Below, in pieces: positions 1 to 9,371 of a DNA stretch of 64,000 nt. The DNA is from Oscillospiraceae bacterium (GTDB lineage Bacteria > Bacillota > Clostridia > Saccharofermentanales > Saccharofermentanaceae): contig CACZGS010000010.1 of the NCBI GenBank assembly GCA_902780785.1, forward strand, positions 44,363 to 108,362, in the 5' to 3' direction. The translations under genes were made by a program, and so were the position numbers. The notes under the pieces were generated by a model that did no database searches, had not been told where the DNA came from, and worked only from the letters and a program-made list of their open reading frames with translations. Every line of letters starts with the position of its first letter. Within the stretch, counting starts at the first letter, position 1.

Positions 1-666
1 GAGCTCCGTAGGAGAGTCAACCTGCTGGATGAAGCCGTCCTTCATAACTACGATTCTGGTACCCATGGTCATAGCTTCTGTCTGGTCGTGTGTAACGTAA
101 ACGAATGTTGTCTTAAGTCTGTGGTGGAGCTTTGTGATCTCAACACGCATCTGTACACGGAGCTTAGCGTCCAAGTTGGAGAGAGGCTCGTCCATGAGGA
201 AGACCTTAGGGTCACGTACGATAGCACGGCCGAGAGCAACTCTCTGACGCTGACCACCGGAGAGAGCCTTAGGCTTTCTGTCTAAGAGGTGCTCGATCTC
301 AAGGATCTTAGCTGCTTCCTGAACACGGCGGTTGATCTCGTCCTTAGGCATCTTTCTGAGCTTAAGTGCGAATGCCATGTTGTCACGAACTGACATGTGA
401 GGATAGAGAGCGTAGTTCTGGAAAACCATTGCGATGTCTCTGTCCTTAGGGAGAACGTCGTTTACACAACGATCGTCGATATAAATTTCACCCTCGGAAA
501 TATCTTCGAGACCAGCGAGCATACGGAGTGTTGTAGACTTACCGCATCCTGAAGGACCTACGAGGATAACGAATTCCTTATCTGCTACGTCAAGATTGAA
601 ATCTGAAACTGCGACAACGCCGCCTTCATACTTCTTGTAAACGTGCTGGAAAGATAAACTTGCCAT
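1..666 (-). CDS. Sugar (CUT1-type) ABC transporter ATP-binding protein, MalK/MsmK/UgpC-like; C-terminus runs off the window edge
   Basis: Absent from the ORF track because it is open at the window edge. Hand translation of the minus strand from the ATG at 666-664 gives [16 protein letters not shown]... Motifs seen: Walker [11 protein letters not shown]-loop [14 protein letters not shown], signature [14 protein letters not shown], Walker [14 protein letters not shown]-loop VYVTHDQ. Confidence 0.9.
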   Translation of the reverse strand, partial: MASLSFQHVYKKYEGGVVAVSDFNLDVADKEFVILVGPSGCGKSTTLRMLAGLEDISEGEIYIDDRCVNDVLPKDRDIAMVFQNYALYPHMSVRDNMAFALKLRKMPKDEINRRVQEAAKILEIEHLLDRKPKALSGGQRQRVALGRAIVRDPKVFLMDEPLSNLDAKLRVQMRVEITKLHHRLKTTFVYVTHDQTEAMTMGTRIVVMKDGFIQQVDSPTEL

Positions 667-1037
667 AACTTATAACCTCCAAAAATGTGCCCAAACATAC
701 ATGGGCAAGATAACTACGAGAATAGTATCAAAACGCAAATTTCTTTACTATATGACACACTCAACAAAAAAAGTTTTGCTATTTTGGCATAGTAATTTCC
801 GTTGCTTGGTAAATATATCAATTGCCCTTGAACTATTTTGTGAGTGTTGTACAAGAAAAAGCGGCAAATCTAATAATTTGAGGCATTTTTCGCCTTTTTT
901 CGCATTGTGCAATATATCCTTTTGGGCCTGAAAACAGGCTTTTTTATGTTACGTTTCGGTGACCTTTGACGGTATTTCACAAACAAATGCAGCTTATGCG
1001 TTATTATGCGGGGAGATCCCCACGGATAATATTATGT

Positions 1038-1096
1038 AATATATTTATGCATGTTTCAGTTGACTTTTGAATATTTATGCATTATATTGCATAAAT
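1038..1096 (+). promoter_or_regulatory. Candidate ArgR (ARG-box-like) operator pair upstream of argC
   Basis: The 12-mer ATATTTATGCAT occurs twice (1041-1052 and 1071-1082). There is also a perfect 8-bp inverted repeat ATTTATGC-N8-GCATAAAT (1073-1096). Both lie 50-100 nt upstream of the argC ATG in an AT-rich leader. Confidence 0.45.
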
Positions 1097-1142
1097 CAAA
1101 CATCAGGGTGGGGATTATCCACCCTTACCGGAGGCAATTAAA

Positions 1143-2219
1143 ATGGCGATTGAAGAATCTGTAAAGTATGTTTCTATTATAGGATCCACGGGATACGTCG
1201 GGGCAGAACTCGTAAGAGGCTTTGCCGGTCACCCCTGCTTCAGATTCCGACATCTTACAAGCCAGACATTCGCAGGCAAGCCCTATTCGGAGATCTATCC
1301 CGAATTCAGAGGCATCGTTGACGTAATCTGCGAAGATCTTCCCTACGAAGAAGTTGCCAAGGATTCCGATCTTGTCATCACAGCACTCCCTCACGGAGTA
1401 TCCGCAAAGATCGTTCCCGAGCTCCTTAAGGCAGGCGCAAAGGTAATAGATCACAGCGGAGACTTCAGATATAAGGATCTTGCTACATATGAAAAGTCTT
1501 ATAAGCTTACTCACCCGAATCCGGAGCTCCTCGCAGAGGCAGTTTACGGAATCCCCGAGTTCTACAGAAATGATCTTAAGACTGCAAAGCTCGTAGCAAA
1601 TCCCGGCTGCTATCCGACATGCTCACTCATCGCTCTGGCACCTTTCCTTAAGAATCATCTTATCGATGAGGATTCAATCATCATTGATGCTACATCAGGT
1701 GTCAGCGGCGCAGGAAGAAAGGCTGATCTCGCATATGCATTCTGTGAGACAGACGAAGCCTTCAAGCCTTATGGTGCTGTAGGCCACCGCCACACAACGG
1801 AGATCGCTGAGCAGTGCTCACTTCTCGCAGGAAAGAATCCGGGAGACATAAAGGTAACCTTTACTCCCCACTTGGCACCTTTTAAGCGCGGAATGCTCGC
1901 AAGCATCTATGTAAAGCCTTCAAAGGATTTCGCAGATGTATCCTCCGAGAAGATCAATGAGATCTACAGTGAATTCTATAAGGATGAGAACTTTGTAAGA
2001 GTGCTTCCCGGAAAGACTCTTCCGGACGTAAAGGCCGTAGCAGGTTCGAACTATATCGACATCAACGGTGTTTTCGATCCCGACACAGGCATGATCAAGC
2101 TCTTCTCGGCTCAGGACAATCTCGGCAAGGGAGCAGCGCTCCAGGCAATCCAGGCAGCAAATGCAATGTTCGGCTTCGATGAGACGACCGGACTTAAGAA
2201 TATCGTAAGAGGTATCTGA
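1143..2219 (+). CDS. argC: N-acetyl-gamma-glutamyl-phosphate reductase
   Basis: 358 aa with an N-terminal Rossmann motif [11 protein letters not shown] and active-site GCYPT. It heads the arg cluster, and a GGAGG RBS precedes the ATG. Confidence 0.93.
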   Translation: MAIEESVKYVSIIGSTGYVGAELVRGFAGHPCFRFRHLTSQTFAGKPYSEIYPEFRGIVDVICEDLPYEEVAKDSDLVITALPHGVSAKIVPELLKAGAKVIDHSGDFRYKDLATYEKSYKLTHPNPELLAEAVYGIPEFYRNDLKTAKLVANPGCYPTCSLIALAPFLKNHLIDEDSIIIDATSGVSGAGRKADLAYAFCETDEAFKPYGAVGHRHTTEIAEQCSLLAGKNPGDIKVTFTPHLAPFKRGMLASIYVKPSKDFADVSSEKINEIYSEFYKDENFVRVLPGKTLPDVKAVAGSNYIDINGVFDPDTGMIKLFSAQDNLGKGAALQAIQAANAMFGFDETTGLKNIVRGI

Positions 2220-2221
2220 TT

Positions 2222-3166
2222 ATGGCAGGACAGAAAGAAAATCCCGTTATCACGGGCGACATGAAGAATAATGTGGACAGGGCTTCGATCCTCATCGAAT
2301 CTCTTCCCTACATCAGGAAGATGAGGGGCCAGACCTTCGTTATCAAGTACGGTGGAAATGCCATGATCAACGAAGAACTGAAGCAGTCTGTCATGGACGA
2401 TATCACGCTCCTTAAGTACATCGGCATCAACCCCGTCATCGTTCACGGCGGCGGACCCGATATCAGCGACATGCTCAACAAGGTCAATAAAGAGTCCCAT
2501 TTCGTAAACGGATTAAGGTACACGGATGAAGAGACGATGGGTTATGCCCAGATGGTATTGATCGGTAAGACAAATAAAGATATCGTATCCACTCTTTGCG
2601 GCAAAGGCGCAAAGGCCATCGGTATCTCCGGCATCGACGGCAACCTGATCGAAGCTGAGAAGATGACTGAGGATGCAGAAGGCAATCCTATCGACATCGG
2701 CTTTGTAGGCAAGATCAAGAAGATCAACACGAAGGTCATCGCCATGCTCGCAAACGACGAGTACATCCCCGTCATCGCCCCTATCGGCGTAGGCAAGGAC
2801 GGCGAGAGCTATAACATCAACGCAGATACCGTTGCAGCAGAAGTAGCCGTTGCATTGGGCGCTTCAAAGCTCATCACCCTGACTGATGTCGGCGGCGTAT
2901 TGAGAAAGCTCGAAGACGGTTCTGACTATATCATTCCTGTTTTGGACGAGAAGGACATCAAGGATCTCGTCGAGGAGGGCATTATCAAGGGCGGCATGAT
3001 CCCCAAGATCGAAGGCTGTCTTGATACGGTATTGCGAGGTGTCGACCGCGCACACATAATAGATGGTAGGATCCCTCATTCTATTATTCTCGAAACATTT
3101 ACCAAGAACGGTATCGGCACAATGATCGTAAAGGAGAAAAAAGAACATTATGAGTATAGAAAATGA
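2222..3166 (+). CDS. argB: Acetylglutamate kinase
   Basis: 314 aa with amino-acid-kinase motifs VIKYGGNAM and VHGGGP. It starts 2 nt after the argC stop. Confidence 0.93.
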   Translation: MAGQKENPVITGDMKNNVDRASILIESLPYIRKMRGQTFVIKYGGNAMINEELKQSVMDDITLLKYIGINPVIVHGGGPDISDMLNKVNKESHFVNGLRYTDEETMGYAQMVLIGKTNKDIVSTLCGKGAKAIGISGIDGNLIEAEKMTEDAEGNPIDIGFVGKIKKINTKVIAMLANDEYIPVIAPIGVGKDGESYNINADTVAAEVAVALGASKLITLTDVGGVLRKLEDGSDYIIPVLDEKDIKDLVEEGIIKGGMIPKIEGCLDTVLRGVDRAHIIDGRIPHSIILETFTKNGIGTMIVKEKKEHYEYRK

Positions 3167-4514
3167 CCTCTCCCTGATTCAGGATTTCGACAAGAACTAT
3201 TGTCTTCAGGTATTTAACCTCCTCCCTGTTGCATTCACAAAGGGCAAGGGCTGCTATCTTTATGACACCGAAGGCAGGAAATATCTCGACATGATCGGCG
3301 GCATCGCAGTTAACAGCCTGGGCTACGCTCATCCGAAGCTCACATCCGCCATCTGTTCACAGGCAAAGAACATCATTCACGCCTGCAACTATTACTATAT
3401 TCCGCAGAAGTCTGAACTCGCTTACAGGCTCTGCCGCGCAAGCTTTGCAGACAAGGTATTCTTCTGCAATTCCGGCGCTGAGGCAAACGAAGCTGCCATC
3501 AAGCTCGCACGCAGTTATTTCTACTATAAGGATATAAACAAGTACGAGATCATCACGGCTACCATGAGCTTCCACGGAAGAACAATGGGTACCGTTGCCG
3601 CTACAGGCCAGGAAAAGTTCCAGCTGCCTTTCGCACCTAATCTCCCGGGCTTTGTTTATGTTCCTTATAACGACATCGACGCCATGATCAAGGCAGTAAC
3701 ACCCAAGACTGCTGCCATCATGCTCGAGCTCGTTCAGGGCGAGAGCGGCGTTCACCCCGCTGACCTCGAATACATCCAGGCTATCAAGAAGCTCTGCGTC
3801 GAGAAGGGTATCCTTCTCATCTTCGACGAAGTCCAGACAGGTGTAGGACGTACAGGCAAGATGTTCTGCTATCAGAACTACGGCGTACAGCCTGATATCA
3901 TGACCCTCGCAAAGGGCTTGGGCGGCGGTGTTCCGATCGGCGCTATGCTCACGACAAACGCAGTCGCAACAGGCATGAAGCCCGGCGATCACGGTTCCAC
4001 ATTCGGCGGAAATCCGTTAGCTTGCGCAGCAGGAAATGCCGTACTGGAGACTATCGAAGAAGAGAACATCATCGATAACGTAAGAGAAGTTAGCGAAGAA
4101 CTTTTCGAGAAACTCAACAAATTAAGGGCAAAGTATAACTGCATCCGCTCGGTAAGGGGCAAGGGTCTCCTCATCGGCATCGAGTTCGATGATACGATCA
4201 CAGCCCAAGGCATGCGTGAGCAGTTATTCTCTATGGGCATCCTCGTTAGCGCCATCGGCAAATCAACGATCAGGCTCGCGCCTCCGCTCATCATTACAAA
4301 AGCTCAGGCAAACCAGTTCATCAAGGCTCTTGATAAGATCCTTAAGAACGTACAGGGACCCAAGAATGTTTTCGACAAGCTCAAGGACGCCCTTCCTACA
4401 AAGAAGCAGATCAAGGAATCTGCAGCAAGCGTAAATAACGCAAAGATCGACAAGCTCGACACTTTAGGTCTTACGGACGGAAAAGATCCGGACCTGACAG
4501 ACGGCGATGAATAA
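3150..4514 (+). CDS. argD: Acetylornithine aminotransferase (class III PLP aminotransferase) with a ~55-aa charged C-terminal tail
   Basis: 454 aa with motifs [26 protein letters not shown] and TLAKGLGGG (PLP Lys). It overlaps the argB end by 17 nt. Confidence 0.9.
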   Translation: MSIENDLSLIQDFDKNYCLQVFNLLPVAFTKGKGCYLYDTEGRKYLDMIGGIAVNSLGYAHPKLTSAICSQAKNIIHACNYYYIPQKSELAYRLCRASFADKVFFCNSGAEANEAAIKLARSYFYYKDINKYEIITATMSFHGRTMGTVAATGQEKFQLPFAPNLPGFVYVPYNDIDAMIKAVTPKTAAIMLELVQGESGVHPADLEYIQAIKKLCVEKGILLIFDEVQTGVGRTGKMFCYQNYGVQPDIMTLAKGLGGGVPIGAMLTTNAVATGMKPGDHGSTFGGNPLACAAGNAVLETIEEENIIDNVREVSEELFEKLNKLRAKYNCIRSVRGKGLLIGIEFDDTITAQGMREQLFSMGILVSAIGKSTIRLAPPLIITKAQANQFIKALDKILKNVQGPKNVFDKLKDALPTKKQIKESAASVNNAKIDKLDTLGLTDGKDPDLTDGDE

Positions 4515-4541
4515 TAAACCGGCAAATAAGGAGTAAGTAAA

Positions 4542-5465
4542 ATGAAGCATTATATTGATTTCCACAGAGACGTTTCTTTCGAAGATCTTGATTACCTTTT
4601 GGACGTTGCAGTAGACCTTAAGGCCAAGACAAAGGCAGGCATCGAGCATCACCTTCTCAAGGGTAAGTCCCTTGCCATGATCTTCACAAAGTCTTCCACA
4701 AGAACCAGAGTCTCCTTTGAAGTCGGCATGTATCAGTTAGGCGGCCAGGCACTTTTCTTAAGCAACAACGACATCCAGATCGGCAGAGGCGAGACCATCT
4801 ATGACACGGCTAACGTATTGTCCGGAATGGTCGACGGCATCATGATCAGAACATTCAAGCATCAGGACGTTCAGGACCTCGCTGACTACGGCAAGATCCC
4901 CGTAATCAACGGCCTTACAGACGACCAGCACCCCACACAGGTATTAGCTGACCTCCTTACGATCAAGGAGCACAAGGGTACGCTTAAGGGCCTCAAGATG
5001 GCTTACTTAGGTGACGGAAACAACATGGCAAATTCCCTCCTCCACGCTTGCGCAAAGGCAGGAATGGACATCTCCGTTGCTTCCCCCAAGGCTTACACAT
5101 GCCCTGACAAGTATGTAACAGAGGCACAGGAAGACGCCAAGGTTACAGGCTCCAAGATCCTCATGACAGAAGATCCTTTCGAGGCTGCAGAAGGCGCTGA
5201 CGTTATCTATACAGACACATGGACATCCATGGGCCAGGAAGCTGAGAAGGCTAAGAGAGTTGAGATCTTCAAGAACTATCAGGTCAATTCCAAGCTCATG
5301 GGCGTTGCTCACAAGGACGCTATCTTCATGCACTGCCTCCCTGCTTACAGAGGCTACGAAGTAACAGAAGACGTTATCGACGGACCTCAGAGCGTCGTAT
5401 TCGACGAAGCTGAGAACAGACTCCACGCTCACAAGGCAATCCTCGTAAACTGCTTCCTTAACTGA
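4542..5465 (+). CDS. argF: Ornithine carbamoyltransferase
   Basis: 307 aa with the carbamoyl-phosphate motif STRTRVSFE, plus HPTQ, DTWTSMG (the ornithine SMG loop) and HCLP. Confidence 0.93.
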   Translation: MKHYIDFHRDVSFEDLDYLLDVAVDLKAKTKAGIEHHLLKGKSLAMIFTKSSTRTRVSFEVGMYQLGGQALFLSNNDIQIGRGETIYDTANVLSGMVDGIMIRTFKHQDVQDLADYGKIPVINGLTDDQHPTQVLADLLTIKEHKGTLKGLKMAYLGDGNNMANSLLHACAKAGMDISVASPKAYTCPDKYVTEAQEDAKVTGSKILMTEDPFEAAEGADVIYTDTWTSMGQEAEKAKRVEIFKNYQVNSKLMGVAHKDAIFMHCLPAYRGYEVTEDVIDGPQSVVFDEAENRLHAHKAILVNCFLN

Positions 5466-5998
5466 TGAACAATAGTCCCGTAATAAGAACAGCAAGCGTC
5501 AATGACGCACCTGAAGTATCGCGCCTCTTAAGAAGCGCGATGCTTACTTATTGCGCGGATTCGGGTATATCGTCATCGATGCTCGAAGCAATGACCGAGA
5601 GCATCGAGAGCGTTGCCGACAGGATCGCCAGGCAGACCTGCCTCGTTGCAGAGACCGACGGAAAGATCGTCGGTTCCATCTGCATCAAGGAATGCCAAAA
5701 TCCCCTTGTCTACAATTTCTCAGACAAGACTTATGAATACTTGAAAGACCTGGGGAAATCTTTTTATATCTCAAGATTCGCAGTGCTCGAAAAGTACAGA
5801 AAGACGGGCCTCGGAATAGACCTCATGACCAGAGCCGTCGAGCTTGCAGCAGGATCAGGCGCAGAATGCATACTCCTGCACTCAGCGGCAACCAATAAGA
5901 ACATGGTCGAATTCTACGGAAAAAGAGGATTCAAACTCATAGATTCGGAAAATTCCAGAGGCTATATGAGAGGACTTTTCGCTTATTCTCTGAAATAG
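5465..5998 (+). CDS. GNAT-family N-acetyltransferase, translationally coupled to argF (candidate short N-acetylglutamate synthase)
   Basis: 177 aa. Its ATG overlaps the argF TGA (ATGA at 5462-5468 region). The acetyl-CoA motif RKTGLGIDLM is present. Confidence 0.8.
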   Translation: MNNSPVIRTASVNDAPEVSRLLRSAMLTYCADSGISSSMLEAMTESIESVADRIARQTCLVAETDGKIVGSICIKECQNPLVYNFSDKTYEYLKDLGKSFYISRFAVLEKYRKTGLGIDLMTRAVELAAGSGAECILLHSAATNKNMVEFYGKRGFKLIDSENSRGYMRGLFAYSLK

Positions 5999-6009
5999 AA
6001 AACTGCGGA

Positions 6010-6960
6010 TTATATAGTCTTCGACAGGAAGATGTCGCAGCCGGAGATCTCAGGATCGTTCTTTATCTGTTCGTAAGCTTTATCCCTTGAATCAACACTG
6101 TCATACATCGCGAAAACAGCGCTGCCGGAACCGGTCATGCGGCTGAACTTTGCGCCTGTTGTAAGGAGCATCTCCCTTACCTTCTTTATCAGAGGAACCT
6201 TTTCCTCGGACGGCATTTCGAGATCATTCGTAAGAAGATCTCCGCCCTTAAGGAACCTTGCCAGAGGATCACCGTCATCTTCGTTAAGGCCTGCGATATA
6301 TGCCTCGTAACGTTCTTCGTCAAACGGCGGCAAAGGCTTGCTGTCTATGGCATGGAAGCATTCGGGAGTTGATACTCCCTCCTTAGGTTTTACGATAAGA
6401 AGAGGTATATCAGAGAGCGGAGCAAGTGATCTGATCTCCTCGCCGACTCTCTCGCAGAGACATGTTCCGCCGTAAAGGAAGAACGGAACGTCGGCACCGA
6501 CATTTACGGCGAGCTGGTTGAGCTCTTCATCGGTAAACGGATTGCCGAAGTGTTCCTGAAGGACCATGAGAACCGCTGCCGCGTCAGAGCTTCCGCCGCC
6601 CATTCCGGATTCGGAAGGAATGCGCTTGGTAAGGACGATCTCAATATAAGGGAACTCATTATGCTGCCACTTTGCGGCGCCTTCGATCGAAGGATCATTG
6701 CCGGCCTTCTTACGGAGTGAGGACAAGAATCTGTCTCTGGCCTTGCTGCAGAGATTCTTCTCCGGATCGATATCATTTCTGCCGATACACTTGATATCAA
6801 ATCCGCATTCGCGCTCGGGATAGATGTTTATTGTGAGATTATCTGCAAGATCTATCTCCTGCATTATAGAATACAAGCTGTGATAACCGTTCGGAAGTAT
6901 CCCGCGGACACGCAGGAACAGGTTCAATTTAGCGTTAGCTGTTATTTCATAAGAATCCAT
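6010..6960 (-). CDS. ispE: 4-diphosphocytidyl-2-C-methyl-D-erythritol kinase
   Basis: 316 aa with N-terminal AKLNLFLRV and the GHMP-kinase loop PSESGMGGGSSDAAAVL. Confidence 0.9.
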   Translation of the reverse strand: MDSYEITANAKLNLFLRVRGILPNGYHSLYSIMQEIDLADNLTINIYPERECGFDIKCIGRNDIDPEKNLCSKARDRFLSSLRKKAGNDPSIEGAAKWQHNEFPYIEIVLTKRIPSESGMGGGSSDAAAVLMVLQEHFGNPFTDEELNQLAVNVGADVPFFLYGGTCLCERVGEEIRSLAPLSDIPLLIVKPKEGVSTPECFHAIDSKPLPPFDEERYEAYIAGLNEDDGDPLARFLKGGDLLTNDLEMPSEEKVPLIKKVREMLLTTGAKFSRMTGSGSAVFAMYDSVDSRDKAYEQIKNDPEISGCDIFLSKTI

Positions 6961-7039
6961 AAGGATCTCCTAAAATCAATAAAAGCAAAAAGGTTTGTAA
7001 TTCAATTTTACCTTACAAAGATATATAAAGCAAAAAACA

Positions 7040-7110
7040 CAGGTGCCGGGAGATTTGTCTCCCCATAAAAAAGCACTGTCAAAACCTGACCGAATCAGTT
7101 CTGACAGCGC
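7040..7110 (-). terminator. Rho-independent terminator region downstream of veg
   Basis: On the minus strand, the hairpin GCGCTGTCA...TGACAGTGC is followed by TTTTTT. A second hairpin GGGAGACAAATCTCCC is followed by a T-run. Confidence 0.55.
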
Positions 7111-7136
7111 CATGTAATTAGCTTAATTGTTCAGGA

Positions 7137-7406
7137 TCAGACGGCTACTTCTTCCTGTGACTTCTCAGGCATGATGCCTACTCTGACTGTTCTTGTGAGA
7201 ACATCGATGTATGAGAAGGATACGAGAGACTCCTTACCTGCTTCATTCTTGCAAAGCATTGTGAAAACATTAGGATAGCAGTGCTCTACTGTGCCGATGT
7301 ATGTGATGATCCTCTTGCGTCCGCCGTTGGTCTTGCAAACTATACGCTTGCCGATGAGCTCTTGAAACTTACCCTTGCACATTTCCAAATCGGAACTGAT
7401 AATCAT
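7137..7406 (-). CDS. veg: Veg family protein (biofilm/sporulation-associated small DNA-binding protein)
   Basis: The sequence matches the Veg pattern GKR..(C)K.NGGR.K....G.....YP.VF...VSFSY.D.LT.TV. I moved the start to the ATG at 7406, which has a GGAGGG RBS 7 nt upstream. The track ORF extends to 7448. Confidence 0.85.
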   Translation of the reverse strand: MIISSDLEMCKGKFQELIGKRIVCKTNGGRKRIITYIGTVEHCYPNVFTMLCKNEAGKESLVSFSYIDVLTRTVRVGIMPEKSQEEVAV

Positions 7407-7624
7407 ACGTCTTCCCTCCGCCCGGAGAATTGTTGATAAATATTGCAAACGCCTTAAAGGAACATTACGGAAATATTACCAAACTTGCACCAATGCTAAC
7501 ATTTCCTTGACATATTGTCAACGAGAAAACACAACATTTAGTAAAAAAACACCAGCAATCTCACAAAATATAGTGGTTAGGTAGAAGTTTTTCTATTTTC
7601 TTACAGAACTGCATTTTACTCTCA

Positions 7625-7653
7625 TTGAAAAGGCAGAATTTTTACAATACAAT
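7625..7653 (+). promoter_or_regulatory. Candidate sigma-A promoter for fhs
   Basis: TTGAAA (7625-7630), a 17-nt spacer, then TACAAT (7648-7653), about 40 nt upstream of the fhs ATG. Confidence 0.4.
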
Positions 7654-7691
7654 CGTAGCATTACTCTAAAAAAAGATAGGAGAGGTCAAAA

Positions 7692-9365
7692 ATGCTTAGT
7701 GATATCGAGATAGCCCAGAGTGCAAAGATCAAGCCCATCGCAGAAGTAGCGGAGCAGGCAGGAATCGATCCTGACAAGCTCGAATTATACGGAAAGTACA
7801 AAGCAAAACTCCCGTTAAACTACATCCAGAATCTACCTGAAAGACCTGACGCAAAGCTCATCCTCGTTACGGCGATGAACCCTACACCGGCAGGTGAAGG
7901 CAAGACAACAGTAAGCATCGGCCTCGCACAGGGCTTAAAGCTCGTGGGAAAGAATCCTATCCTGGCATTAAGAGAACCCTCATTAGGACCTGTATTCGGC
8001 GTCAAGGGCGGAGCCTGCGGCGGCGGTTATTCACAGGTCGTTCCGATGGAGGACATCAACCTTCACTTCACAGGTGACCTCCACGCCATAACAACTGCAA
8101 ATAACCTTCTTGCAGCCCTCATCGACAACCACCTTTTCCAGGGCAACAGCCTCAACATCGATAAGGACAGGATCTTGTGGAAGAGATGTCTCGACATGAA
8201 CGACAGGTGCCTTCGAGCAGTTACTGTCGGTGTCGGCGGCGGCACAAAGGGCGTTACACGTCCCGAGATCTTCCAGATCACGGCTGCTTCAGAGATCATG
8301 GCTATCCTCTGCCTTGCCAAGGACATGGATGACCTCAAGGTAAGACTCGACAGGATCGCGATCGCTTACGACATGGACGGAAACATCGTAACGGCAGGCC
8401 AGCTCGGCGCTACCGGAAGCCTCGTTACATGCCTTAAGGACGCTATGTGTCCTAACCTCGTACAGTCTCTCGAAGGTGTTCCCGCACTTGTACACGGCGG
8501 ACCTTTCGCGAACATCTCACACGGATGCAACACATGCATCGCTACAAAGACAGCATTAAAGCTCAGCGACATCGTAGTAACCGAAGCAGGATTCGGTGCA
8601 GACTTAGGCGCTGAGAAGTTCCTTGATATCAAGTGCAGAGACCTGGGCATCTGGCCTGATCTCGTAGTTATCGTTACAACGGTAAGATCTCTCAAGTACA
8701 ACGCAGGCATCCCTAAGGCAGAGCTCTCCAATCCTAATCCGGAAGCAGTCAAGGCAGGTCTTGCAAACGTATTGAGACACATTCAGAACATGCAGAATTT
8801 CGGCATCCCGGTCCTCGTTGCATCCAACAGATTCCTTACGGATACCGAAGAAGAACTCGCGATCGTCGAAGAAGCATGCAAGGCCACGGGCGCTGAGTTC
8901 GCACCTGCAGAGATCTTCGCAAAGGGCGGCGCAGGCGGAATCGATCTGGCTAACAAGGCACTCTCGATCCTCGGCCAGAACAAGCCCAAGAACCCTGTCT
9001 ACAGCTATGAGCTGACAGATTCAGTCGAAGAGAAGATCACAAAGGTCGCAACAAAGGTTTACGGCGCAGGCAAGGTAGACATCCTTCCTGAGGCACAGGT
9101 CAAGATCGACGAATTCGTCGCTAAGGGCTACGGCAACCTTCCTATCTGCATCGCAAAGACACAGTATTCACTTTCCGATGACCCGAAGAAGCTCGGCAAT
9201 CCGGAAGGCTTCACACTTACGGTAAGAGACTGCTATATCTCAGCAGGCGCAGGCTATCTTGTTATCCTTACGGGTACGATCGTAACCATGCCGGGACTTC
9301 CCCCGCACCCTGCCGCAATGGATATCGACATCGATAACAACGGTGTAATTACGGGACTGTTCTGA
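7692..9365 (+). CDS. fhs: Formate--tetrahydrofolate ligase
   Basis: 557 aa with the P-loop-like motif PTPAGEGKTT, full-length family architecture and an AGGAGAGG RBS. Confidence 0.95.
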   Translation: MLSDIEIAQSAKIKPIAEVAEQAGIDPDKLELYGKYKAKLPLNYIQNLPERPDAKLILVTAMNPTPAGEGKTTVSIGLAQGLKLVGKNPILALREPSLGPVFGVKGGACGGGYSQVVPMEDINLHFTGDLHAITTANNLLAALIDNHLFQGNSLNIDKDRILWKRCLDMNDRCLRAVTVGVGGGTKGVTRPEIFQITAASEIMAILCLAKDMDDLKVRLDRIAIAYDMDGNIVTAGQLGATGSLVTCLKDAMCPNLVQSLEGVPALVHGGPFANISHGCNTCIATKTALKLSDIVVTEAGFGADLGAEKFLDIKCRDLGIWPDLVVIVTTVRSLKYNAGIPKAELSNPNPEAVKAGLANVLRHIQNMQNFGIPVLVASNRFLTDTEEELAIVEEACKATGAEFAPAEIFAKGGAGGIDLANKALSILGQNKPKNPVYSYELTDSVEEKITKVATKVYGAGKVDILPEAQVKIDEFVAKGYGNLPICIAKTQYSLSDDPKKLGNPEGFTLTVRDCYISAGAGYLVILTGTIVTMPGLPPHPAAMDIDIDNNGVITGLF

Positions 9366-9371
9366 TTTTCG

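Noticed and set aside
701-931. A 76-aa plus-strand ORF in the gap between the ABC ATPase gene and argC.
   Set aside because: It lies in AT-rich leader DNA, has no Shine-Dalgarno sequence, and its low-complexity translation has no motif. The region is better explained as promoter and operator DNA.
2041-2052. GGTTCGAA T-loop-like strings (also at 29844-29853) as hints of tRNA genes.
   Set aside because: Both lie inside well-supported coding sequences (argC and the M56 gene) and lack acceptor or anticodon stem context. I see no tRNA or rRNA genes in this window.
4350-4514. The ~55-aa charged C-terminal tail on ArgD (…[26 protein letters not shown]…DPDLTDGDE).
   Set aside because: It is probably a disordered tail or the consequence of a drifted stop codon. 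It has no motif or repeat structure, so its interest is low without comparative data.
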